Assembly (NCBI GenBank): GCA_030390025.1
Contig: CM059431.1
Span: 150,166,001-150,230,000 of the forward strand
Direction: 5' to 3'
Source of the DNA: Squalus acanthias
Lineage: Eukaryota
DNA: 64,000 nucleotides
A program made the translations under genes and the position numbers. Below, piece by piece: positions 49,264-60,016 of this stretch (positions are counted from its first letter, which is position 1; the number at the start of each line of letters is the position of its first letter). Under the pieces are notes generated by a model, which saw only the letters and a list, made by a program, of their open reading frames with translations, had not been told where the DNA came from and made no database searches.

Positions 49264-51482
49264 ATGACAAGGTTTCTGCTCCTCTTCGCCCTGGTAGGGG
49301 TGAGCATCGGCTACCGAGGTGACGTGGAGGACTCCCACATCTATGGGTGCTCAGGAGTGAGAGCACCAGTCGTCACTGCAGGGGGTGGCGAGCGAGTAGT
49401 GGTGGAGCTCGCCATCTACTTCCACGAGGGGAGGTGGCCAGGGTGGCTGGGGTCCAACTTTACTAAATAATCCACCCAGCCCGGGTTCACGTACGGGGAG
49501 GCCTACCTCCCATGACCCAGAATGCAGGTCGTTGCCACCAGGGTCAGTGTCACCGAGGGGAAGCGTATGTGCCTTACCTGTAAGGGACGAATTCCCCTGA
49601 CTAGGTGGTGGTGGCTCAGGAAGCTGAGCAGGGACGCAGTGTACCATACAGCCGACTGGGAAAGATTAGGGAACGACACCCACCGGACAATCACAGGGAC
49701 CCAAGGAGAAGTTAGTGTTTGTTGGGATAAGTGGTGGGAGTCGGAACAGGGAGTCTATGGTTGTATGTGGGGATCATAGGAAGCCTGCCCCACAGGGGTA
49801 TCCATCATCTTCTCCAGCCAATGGCAAGATGCCGGGGAGGGGATAGGGTGTGATTCTAGCCTGCATGGGTGCGTGGTGCCACACATTCAGGTCCCAGTTA
49901 ATGCCACTGAACTCGTGGCACACACCCGAAAGCCCCTACCCACGACCCAGGTACCGAAAACCCTGGAAGAAAAGTGCCCTACCACCACCAAGGGACCAGG
50001 GAATGGGTTAGTCCTAGCACCAAACGAAAAGGTACTATACCAGGGGGAACACTATGCAGTAGCTTCAGTAATATTAAACCTTACCGAGGTATACTTACCT
50101 GTGTGGTGTCCTAAGGAAACGGAGCAGCTGTACCAGGCCCTGCTGAAGGAAATGTTTAGGAAATTTTACGAATTTGATTTTGCCAATATAGACAAAGTAG
50201 AGCTATACAGAATACACCCTAAGAACCCTATGGGCACGGGTAGACAAAGAAGGGGAGCCTGGAATGATGTCTTCACTGCCTATAGTACAGGGTCCTCTGT
50301 AATAAATAGCCTGAATGACATGGAATTACAGACACAGATAAATGGTTGAAAAACCCAGTTCAGTAAGATCCTGAAGGATGGGAACACAGTGGTAGGCTCA
50401 GAGCTACATGAGGACCAAGCTTTGAAGGATCATTTAAAGGAAATTATTGCAGAATTGGAAAGGCATGCCAAAACAGTAAATTCACTCATACGGGAGGATA
50501 GGAATGCATCGGATCAGGCTGCACAGAATGAGGTGTGTGTGCTGTACGGGGCATGGTTACTGGGCGAGGACCGTCGCAACCTGGAGGATTTAAAGCAAGG
50601 TTTAGTCCCCTCCTGGATCAGCAACAAGCACCTTACAGCCCTCAACCCGTTTAGTAATTCGCTGAGTCCATGCCAATTTCGTCTAGCCTCTGAAGCCTGC
50701 CCTGTCCCAATAGATTGTGGGCGTTCAAATCACACTATCATGGGGATAGTAGTGAGAATGCCAGTCATGAGTGGGACAGCCCGACCCGTACCGGTATACA
50801 GGGCGGAGAACAGTGGAGTAATTCAAGGGGGTGCACACATCCGTTTTACAGCGGTCCCACCTTATGTCATAAAGTGGGAGGAAGGCATGACAGGTACTGA
50901 CCTCTCCGGGTGCCGGAGCCGGGGTTCACACATAATACTGTGTCCCCAGCACTTGACCGCCTATTCCAAACCACAGTGCGGGTTTAAAGCTGCTGGCGCA
51001 CGACCTATCAATTGCACAATGGAGGTGATGGCACACGGCCATGTTTCCCCACAGGTAGCATATATATGGGGTGGGACATATTGTGTCATCACAGGTGCGT
51101 CCCACTACCAGCATGGACACTTCTGGTGTCCGGTAAGTGACAGCAGTTTCTGCTTTAAACCCGAGGCAGAAGTTCAAGTTGCCCAGGAACGGATTGTCCC
51201 CATTCCTGAAACCTTCACTCTTCACCTCACTGTTACAGAAAACATTACAAACCTGCAAAAGTATTTGACATCCTACTTAAAGCTGCAGAGATTTCAAAAA
51301 AACATTTCTACATCCTGGAACAGAAAACATTTGAAATAGGGGCAGAGATTTTGGATATAGTAGTTCAAAACTGGTGGGATATTTTCGAGAATATAGCGGT
51401 GCCGTCCTGGATGAGGATGGCTTCCCATCTTTTGGTGGTCTGCCAGCTCGGGATAGTTCTCTACCTGCTGTGTACAAAGTGA
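49264..51482 (+). pseudogene. env: env-like glycoprotein: signal peptide, Ig-like domain, furin site, F-type fusion ectodomain, TM
   Basis: acceptor CCCCTACAG at 49250, ATG 49264 MTRFLLLFALVGVSIG; four ORF pieces in one frame (stops 49468, 49777, 50347); RQRR|GAWNDVF; frameshift ~51270-51340, then QNWWDIF..HLLVVCQLGIVLYLLC. Confidence 0.85.
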
Positions 51483-51846
51483 AGGGGTAGGGACGAGGAG
51501 CTCCGCTGCAGACACGAAGGTACTTGGGAAGTGCATCAAAATAAAGGCTATGGCCGGGGATGGAACAAACCTTGAATTTTGTCTTTTAATAAAAAAAATT
51601 GTATGTGTGTTGTTTCATTTTTATGATGTGTATGATGTGTTTTTTCTAAGCTGTGCAGGGGTGTCGGACCCTCTCCGTGCTTGGATGTGAAATAAAGATT
51701 GATTCTTACCTGTATGTACCTGAAACCCCACTTTCAAAAGGGGAATTAATGTTTGGGTTTTTAGTTTATGTAATACAGGGGAAGGTTGCTTTTCGGGGAT
51801 CGGTAATTTTGCTCACCTGTTAATGATACTAATTCAGTGTTAGTAT

Positions 51847-51858
51847 GAAAGTGGGGGA
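51847..51858 (+). promoter_or_regulatory. polypurine tract
   Basis: GAAAGTGGGGGA immediately before the 3' LTR. Confidence 0.85.
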
Positions 51859-53029
51859 TGTAGGCTTCGCAAAATTCCCCAGAAATTCGAACAGATCCCT
51901 AAAGGGAGTGATTTTTGGACTTTTCATACAAACTTGGGACGATGGGGCCTAAGTAAAGTGATTTGATGTAAAAACCTATAGATCAGGGAAGAAAAAACTG
52001 AGGAAACTGATTTTTTTTTTAATCTTATTGTTGGGAGAGACATGTTTTTCACAGGCACAAGCTGCGAGGGGCGTGGCCGGTCAGTGAACAGATCAAGCTG
52101 TCTGGGAATTGTTTGAGACAAAGCAAAACTCACAAACGCATTCAAATATGGATCCCCAGGGGAAACAAGCTGCTGGAAATCTAAAAACGATTCAATGACA
52201 ATATAACTTCGATCACACAGTTTCATAGCCATTATCCCATCAAAAAAACAATCAACCAGGTTTCCACAGAACAGATTTAACAGCCCGCCAACAGAAGGAC
52301 AATAGGGTGGAGAGTTGACGCGTAGATAAGGCTGTGTTTTTAAATCGGAAAACGATTAACACTAAGCAAAAACCATCGGAACTGGCAAGACCGACAAAAA
52401 CTAAACAATTGGACTAAGCAAGGTTCATTTACAATCAAAAAGGAATTCGTTTTAGTAACGGGTTTTTGGGCGCGAAAAAGAAACAGTATAATTTGAGAGC
52501 CTGTGCCATAATTTCTCTCTTTTTCGGACTGACTGACGACGCGGATACGGCTCTGTCCCTGCTCCAGCAAAACTTACCACAAGTCACGAGGAAGAAGGCC
52601 ATAAAACCAGCACGCAAGAATAAACCAGAGCGACTGTCTCAGTGACCATCAGACACCTGGCACATAAACAAAAGACTCTAATATCCTGTCAAGGATTCGT
52701 TGGTGAACATTATCCCTGACCTCCTGAAACCAAAAACCTTGCCAGATAGTGGGATCTTTGGGAGGGATAAGGTTTTGTTTGATATATTGTCATTTCCCTC
52801 GCTTGTACCGTGTGTTACCCGAATCTGCGTTTAAGTAATAAGTGTGTTTCAAGTTCGTTACCTTTTTCCTTTAATAAATTAAAATTCTTTCATCAGAACC
52901 TGTTTACTGCAATTTTGTTCACAACCCCTAAATAAGCCCAAAGTCTAGGAAAAGGAGGGGTGTTGGAGCTATTGGAACCGCTCACTTTGTCAGAAAGTCA
53001 AGGCTGACCCCATCAAGATACCCCTTACA
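51859..53029 (+). repeat. 3' LTR (1171 bp)
   Basis: collinear with the 5' LTR; scattered substitutions and a ~25-bp indel near 52660. Confidence 0.95.
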
Positions 53030-53593
53030 GAACCACGCAGAAGGAGATAAGCAAAGATCTCCAGACACCTCAGGAGCTTTTGATAAGATCACCTGAAAAC
53101 CCGAGAATGGCTTGGATCCGATGTCACGTGTGGCATGATATTGGGATACGGTTTTGTGCGTGAACGAACGAGTCTCAAACATGCTTCGTTATCGACAGCA
53201 GCACAACATGAAATGGCTGATGTGGCTCAGGAGAGTGAGACACTTTTTAAATCATAAAGGCCACGACACAGTCTCCATAGAGAAACAGATTTGAAATATT
53301 CAGGATAGTGTTAAACACCCTGTCAGAGGCATTACAATTAAAAGTCAAGATAATGCTCATCAAATTAGGATTTCCTTACCGCTAACTTTGTCGTCAGCTT
53401 CAAGGCCTCTACTAAGTATTGAACAAAGAAAGATTGTAGGGAGGGTAAAAACAACAGATATTAACGGAGGCCGAGACCTGTCTCTGTCTGGACAAGGTGG
53501 ACATGGTTGTATCCAAATCAGCTACAAGCTGAAGGTGTGAGACCAGGAGGCCATAACTTACAGGTTCCATAACAAAACATGGATCCAAGTGAG

Positions 53594-54760
53594 AGGCAAC
53601 CTGCATGAGAAAGCAGAAGACATCAAAAGGGTTTAATTTGTAATCTGTGTTAAACCGAGGTGCAGCATCTCAATCGCCTAATGTCGGTGATAATAGAGAA
53701 AGAACCCTAAAGCAGGCTCCTTGGGAAGATTGGGAGTCCCGTATGCAGGAGACCAGGAAGATCCCGCTGAACCAGGTGAGATGGGACACACCCTGACCCC
53801 AAACACTAAATTGGTCACTGAATTCATAGGGTTCAGTTAAAGACTTAATATCAGACTAGGACAAAAATGAATTCGAGAACATTGTAAAAGACTTCAATAC
53901 AAACTTACAAGAAAACTTCAGCAAGTTATTTTAAAGTAACAAATGTCTTATGTTGATAAGTAATATTAACTATTGCTTTGCCAAGTACAAACGCTGATGG
54001 TGATCAACGTAACACTAAAACCTTTGTGACACCAAAAGAAAGACATCCCAACTCACAAACTGATCTCTACCTGTCCGATCCAGCAAAATAACCCAAACGC
54101 TGATGGACTAGAAATAATTGAATCAGGAAATGTATGTGTGTGTTGAAATTATACAGGTTGCGGTAAACTTGAACTTGAATCTGTCAACCAGATTATGTGA
54201 TGGGAGTTATTCACAATTAATAGGCAAAATGGAAGGAGAATGAGTAAATAATGTGCTAGTAAAGAACATAAAATAGGAACCAAGGGCTGAGGAAGATGAG
54301 GAGCAGAAGGAGAATCAGTTTAAATCGAGAAGGAAGCCAGGGATGGCAGAATGGCGATGAATAGGAGCCATGGCAAGGTTAGCGGGACTAAGCAGAATCG
54401 ATATAGAAAGTATGGAGGAACACGACGAGATAATGAAGAGGCATTTAGAAAGATTGTTTGCAAACAATGAGTTTAACCAGAATCAGGACCTTACTGGATT
54501 CCTATGTGACATTTGTGATGAATGTGGTACAGAAGTGTCTTACTGCAATTATTTCGGGCCCTGGGTGTGTCCCATTCCACCTGGTTCAGGGAGTCTTCCT
54601 GGTCTCCCGCATACGGGACTCCCAATATTCCCAAGGAAACGGCTTTAGGGATCTTTTTCTACTACCGCCGAAATAAAGCTTTTGAGACGCCATACATCGG
54701 TTTAGCACTGATTCCAAAACTAACCATTTTGAGGTCTTCTGCTTCATCATGGAGGTCACC
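53594..54760. repeat. ~200-bp diverged inverted repeat (53594-53793 / 54562-54760)
   Basis: TTGGGAGTCCCGTATGCAGGAGACCAGGAAGA versus TCTTCCTGGTCTCCCGCATACGGGACTCCCAA, alignable for ~200 bp. Confidence 0.85.
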
Positions 54761-54769
54761 ATGGAGGCC

Positions 54770-55500
54770 ACTCTGATATACGCCACACACAACATAATAA
54801 ATCTCTGATATACCGCAAACCCCTGAATTTAAGACTTTGATATACCCTACGCCCCACACTGTAACACTGTGATTTACCCGGCATCACTTATTGTAATACT
54901 CTGATATACACCACACCCCTCACTGTAACACTCCGAGAAACACAACACCCCTCACTGTAACACACTGAAATAGACCACACCCCTCACTGTAACATTCGGA
55001 TATACCCTACACCCCTCACTGTAACACTCTGATTTACCCCACATCACTCACTGTAACACTCTGATATACTCCACCTCCATTACTGTAACACACTCTGCTA
55101 TACTCCATACCAATCACTGTAACACTCTTATATAGCCCACACCCCACACTGTAACATACACCGATATACTTCACACACCTCAATGTAATACTCTAATATA
55201 ACCCACACCCTCACTGTATCATTATAATATAGCCCACACCCCACACTGTAACATACACCGATATACTTCACACACCTCAATGTAATACTCTAATATAACC
55301 CACCCTCACTGTATCATTATAATATAGCCCACACCCCTCACTGTAACACTCTGATACATGCCACACTCTGGATTATTATCCCCACACTACTCACTGTAAT
55401 ACTGATATTCCTCACATCCCTCACTGTAGCCCTCTGATACATGCCACACTCTGGAAGGTTTCACCCCACACTGTAATACTGAAATAAGTCGCACCACTCA
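54770..55500 (-). repeat. 32-bp satellite, inverted counterpart of 4740-6770
   Basis: (CTGATATACCCCACACCCCTCACTGTAACACT)n. Confidence 0.92.
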
Positions 55501-55759
55501 CTGTTGCCACTGCCACTTTTATCCCATGGGCTAAAATTTTGGAAATATGTGGTGCTTTATCAAGCAGCTTTTGCAAGTATAGGGAAATTGATAAAGTGTA
55601 AGAAGTATCAATCATAAAACCATAGAATTGGTGAGCCAAGTTGTGTTGGCATTTTTTTTGGCGGAACATGAAGCTCCGCTCTGATCACAGGCCTCGCCTG
55701 GTTTCAATCAGTGAATTTCATAATCAGTGAATTTATTCCCATTTTATTATTTATATTTA

Positions 55760-55955
55760 TTTGTTCTCAGGATATGGACGGCGCTGTCAAGGCCGGTATT
55801 ACTTGCCCATCCCTAGTTACCCAGGAGAAAATTGTGGGCCTTCAACTTGAGCCGCAAGCAGTCCATGTGGTGAAGGTGCTGCCACAAAACTGTTATGGAA
55901 GGAATTTCATGCTTTTGTCCCAGTGACGATGAAGGAACGGCGATATATTTGAAGT
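55760..55955 (-). mobile_element. 3'-end fragment of the 56830-58800 LINE family
   Basis: TTGCCCATCCCTAGTT..AGTCCATGTGGTGAAGGT..CAGTGACGATGAAGGAACGGCGA is the reverse complement of that family's tail. Confidence 0.7.
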
Positions 55956-55961
55956 TTACGT

Positions 55962-56370
55962 TAGGATAGTGGTTATGTTGCTAGACTCGTAAACCAGATG
56001 CATGGATGAATGATCCTGGGTTCAAGTCCCAACAGCTGTGGAATTTAAATTCGATTAATTAAACAAATCTGGAACAAAAGTTTAGTGTCAGTAATGATGA
56101 ACATGAAACTTCCGGATTGTCGTAAAAACACAGCTGGTTCATTAATATCCTTCAGAGAAGGAAATCTGCCGTCCTTACCCATCCTGGCCGCAATGTGCCT
56201 CTAAATTCACAGCAATGTGGTTGATTATTAACTGCTCCTCTGAAATGGCCGAGTAAGCCACTCAGTTGTACAAGGCGTCGCACCACAACCTTCTCCAGGG
56301 CAATTACGGACGGGCAACAAATGCTGGCATTGCTAGCGACACCCACATTAGAAAAATGAATAAAAAAACA
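55962..56370 (+). mobile_element. tRNA-derived SINE with a MetaSINE-like core and a LINE-derived tail
   Basis: A-box-like TAGTGGTTATG, B-box GGTTCAAGTCCC; core GGTTCATTAAT.TCCTT.AG.GAAGGAAATCTGCCGTCCTTACC; tail matches 58710-58800. Confidence 0.75.
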
Positions 56371-56409
56371 TTTATTTATTATCATAATGTTTTATAAAGG
56401 GTTATAATG

Positions 56410-56735
56410 TTGGAACGAGTGCCGCCATCTTTGTTACGGGCGCCGGAGACGCCATTATTGCGCGGGTCGACAGCGCCGCCATCTTTGTGCGTAGCGCCAG
56501 CGCCGCCATCTTTGTTAGGGGCGCCAGAGCCGCTAAATTTGTGCCCGGAGCCGCCATCTTTGTCCGGAACGTGCGTTCCGCCATTGGTGTGAGGCAACGG
56601 AACCACCATCTTTGTGCGACGCGTCGGCGCCGTTATCTTTATGCGAGTCAACGGCGTCACCATATTTGTGACGGGTGCCGTTTCCGCCATCTTTGAACCA
56701 TGCGCCGGATGCGCCATCTTTGTGATGTGAATTTC
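56410..56735 (-). repeat. 27-bp YY1-motif CpG-rich array, inverted counterpart of 4130-4610
   Basis: GCCGCCATCTTTG and variants in 27-bp register. Confidence 0.8.
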
Positions 56736-56829
56736 CACGCCGGCGGGAGGTCGTGAGGCCTGGGGATTGCGGCCATCCATAATATTTCTAATAGCCCGGC
56801 ATATGGTTTCCACTAGAATTACCACGAAG

Positions 56830-58800
56830 CAGGGGACTTACCCTGGTTCAACAACGAGTACAGAAGAGCATGTCAGGAGCAGCACCAGGCGTACCTAAAC
56901 ATGAGGTGCCAAACTGGAGAAGCTACAACGCAGGACTACATTCATGCTTAAAAGCGGAAGCAGCAAGCTATAGAGAGAGCGAAGCGATCCCAAAATGAAC
57001 GGATCTGCTCTTCAGACTTCCCACATCCAACTAACGGGAGAAGGAGGCTCAAAGAATATCCCCATCCTCAATGATGGTAGAGCCCAGCACATGAGTGCAA
57101 ATGACATGGCTCAAGCATTCGCAACCAGCTTCAACCAGAACTGCCGAGTGGATGGACCATATCGGCCTACTCACGAGATCCCCACCATCACAGATGCCAA
57201 TCATCAGCCAATTCAATTCACTCCACGTGATATCAAGAAACGGCTAAGTGCACTGGGTACAGCAAAGGCTATGGACCCCGACAACATCCCGGCTATCGTG
57301 CTGAAGACTTGTGCTCCAGAACTAGCCAACGCCACTAGCCAAGCTGTTCCAGTACAGCTACAACACTGACATCTATCCGACAATGTGGAAAACTGCCCAG
57401 GTATGTCCTGTCCACAAAAAGCAGGACAAATCCAACCCGGCCAATTAACGCGCCATCAATCTACTCTCAATCCTCAGCAAAGTGATGGAAGGTGTCGATG
57501 ACAGTGCTATCAAGAGGCACTTACTCACCAATAACCTGCTCACTGATGCCCAGTTTGGGTTCCGCCAAGACTACTCGGCTCCCAACCTCATTACAGACTT
57601 GGTCCAAACATGCACAAAGGAGCAGAACTCCAGAGGTGAGGGGAGAGTGACTGCCCTTGACATCAAGGCAGCATATGACCGAGTGTGGCATCAAGGAGCC
57701 CCAGTAAAACTGAAGTCAATGGGAAAACGCTCCACTGGCTGGATTCCTATCTATCACAAAGGAAGATGATTGTCGTGGTTGAAGGTCAATCATCACAGCC
57801 CCAGGACATCACTGCAGGAGTTCATAAGGGCAGTGTCCTGGGCCCAACCATCTTCAGCTGGTCCATCAATGACCTTGCCTCCAACATACGGTCAGAAATG
57901 GGGATGTTCGCTGGTGAATGCATAGTGTTCTGCGCCATTCACAACTCAACAGATAATGAAGCAGTCCATGCCCGCATACAACAATACCTGCATGACGTTC
58001 AGGCTTGGGCTGATAAGTGGCAGGTAACATTCGCGCCACAGAATGCCAGGCAATGACTATCTCCAACAAGCGAGAGTCTAAACACCTCCCCTTGACATTC
58101 AATGGCATTACCATCGCCGAATCCCCCACTATCAACATCTTGGGTGTCACCATTAACCAGAAACTTAACTGCACTAGCCACATAAATACTGTGGCGCAAG
58201 AGCAGTTCAGAGGCTTGGTATTCTGCGCCGAGTGTCTTACCTTTGACTCTCCAAAGCCTAAACACAATCTACAAGGCACAAGTAAGGAGTGTGATTGTAA
58301 ACTCTTCACTTGCCTGGATGAGTGTAGCTCCAATAACAGTCAAGAAGCTCGACACCATCCAGGACAAAGCAGCCCGCTTGATTGGCATCCCATCAACCAC
58401 ATTAAACATTCACTCCCTCCACCACCGGCGTACCGTGGCTGCAGTTTGTACCATCTACAGGATGCACTTCAGCAACTCGCCAAGGCTTCTTCGGCAGGAC
58501 CTCCTAAACCCGTGACCTCTTCCACCTAGAAGGATAAGGGAAGAAGGCGTATGGGAACACCACGACTCCCAATTTCCCCTCCAAGTCACACAACATCCTG
58601 ACTTAGAAGAATATCGCCGATCCTTAATCGTCGCTGGGGCAAAATCCTGGAACTGCCTACCTAACAGCACTGTGGGAGTACCTTCACCACACGGACTGAA
58701 GCAGTTCAAGAAGGCGGCTCACCCCCACCTTCTCAAGGGCAACTAGGGATGGGCAATAATTGCTGGCATTTCCAGCGACGCCCAGATCCCATACACGAAT
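56830..58800 (+). mobile_element. 5'-truncated LINE (CR1/L2 superclade) inserted just 3' of the GPCR stop
   Basis: KAMDPDNIPAIVLKTCAPELA, QFGFRQ, ALDIKAAYDRVWHQG, GSVLGP, TIYKAQVRS; 3' tail. Confidence 0.9.
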
Positions 58801-58862
58801 GGAAATGTTTAAAATAAAAATCACACCAAGGAAGCTGTCAGGTGCAAATTATCCGTTTCACA

Positions 58863-59764
58863 TCATCCTTTAATGAATTTTACAATCAGAGTAAAGGGAT
58901 ATTTCCCCATATTCTTCAACTGCTCTCTGAACTTAGTCTGGGTCACGGCATAAATCCCTGTGTTTGTGCAGCAACTCAGCATCTGCAGCATCAATCCCAA
59001 TTCCAGTAAATAAAGAGGAGCATTTACAGACAAAGGACTGATAGACCCTATCCGGCTCCATATGTAAATCACCATAAACACTGCCCATAACAGGATGAAA
59101 TTGCCCGAGATAACAAGCAGTAAAATGATGGATTTCCTGCGGCTCTCCATCTCTGGGTCTCTCTGAATCTCACCACTGCTGGGACCCAGGAATCTCCTGC
59201 GGGCTTTGCTGGCCACTAAAATGTGTTTGACGGTGAGAACATTGAACAGCAGAATCAGAACAAATGGGACCGCCGGGGTGAGACTATAATGAAGGAGCTC
59301 AATTGCTGCCCAGGCACGTGATTTCAAAACATCGATTGTTACTTCACAAAACCAGGGAATGTTGTAAAGCCCATACCAAGCTGTGAACATAAAATACCAG
59401 GAAATGTTCTTTGAGCCGCTCAGCACAGTCACTGTTCCCAGAATCACAGACGCCGTTTTCTCGGTGCAATACTTCGTTTTCAGCTTCTGGCGACAAATGG
59501 CCACAAATCGATCGAAGGTGAAACTGACGGTGAACCAGACAGAACAGTCTGTGGCTGCATAAAGCAGGACGGCGTGGATATTACACACGGGAATGGACCG
59601 CACGAAATAAAAATGTTCCAAATAAACAATCGGAATGTGCCTCAGTATCAGGTCGAGGAAAACGACCAGTAGATCCGCTGCTGCCATGGCCAGCAGGTAG
59701 CGAGTGACACATTTGGAGAGACCGCACTTTCCCCGAGACAGGATCAGAATCGTCACTAAGTTCA
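58863..59764 (-). CDS. GPR139-like class A GPCR, open main exon (end of TM1 to TM7); first exon outside the window or not identified
   Basis: uninterrupted ~300 codons; acceptor TTTCCCTTGCTCACAG ending at 59765; LAMAAADLLV, CNIH, FTFDRFVAIC, PFVLILLFN, SCCTNTGIYAV. Confidence 0.85.
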
Positions 59765-60016
59765 CTGTGAGCAAGGGAAATAAACAGGGAAATTATACAT
59801 CAGGCTGGGAGCAAGAGCAGAAGTTTGGAGGAATTCGGGGAGAAATCAGCAACTCATAAGCGACATTCAATGATATAATCTCATTCGATTACCCGTGGAG
59901 CTAAATACAGGGTTTATTGTAAGAATGATCGGGAATACAGTGAAGAATCAATCAATGAAACGGGGCTAAATACAACAGGAAAGTAACAGATTTTTGATCA
60001 ATGAGAGATTAAATGG

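Larger units (their letters stand above)
44090..53029 (+). mobile_element. endogenous LTR retroelement/provirus with F-type env (lokiretrovirus-like), RT/IN-deleted
   Basis: paired LTRs TGTAGG..TTACA; TSD GAAC (44086-44089, 53030-53033); PBS, gag, protease, RNase H tail, env, PPT in order. Confidence 0.92.

Noticed and set aside
46544..49366. Antisense ORFs across gag/pol
   Set aside because: Shadow frames of GC-balanced coding sequence with no recognisable motifs.
49264..51482. env as a domesticated (syncytin-like) host gene
   Set aside because: At least three in-frame stops and a frameshift; this copy cannot encode the full protein.
54370..54648. 92-aa ORF with CDICDEC as a zinc-binding protein
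   Set aside because: Short, runs into an inverted-repeat arm, and no supporting exon structure or family was recognised.
55962..56035. tRNA gene
   Set aside because: Only degenerate A/B boxes at a SINE head; no cloverleaf.
59765..59774. ORF-track start (MLT) for the GPCR
   Set aside because: Non-ATG start lying in the intron acceptor; TM1 is incomplete without an upstream exon.
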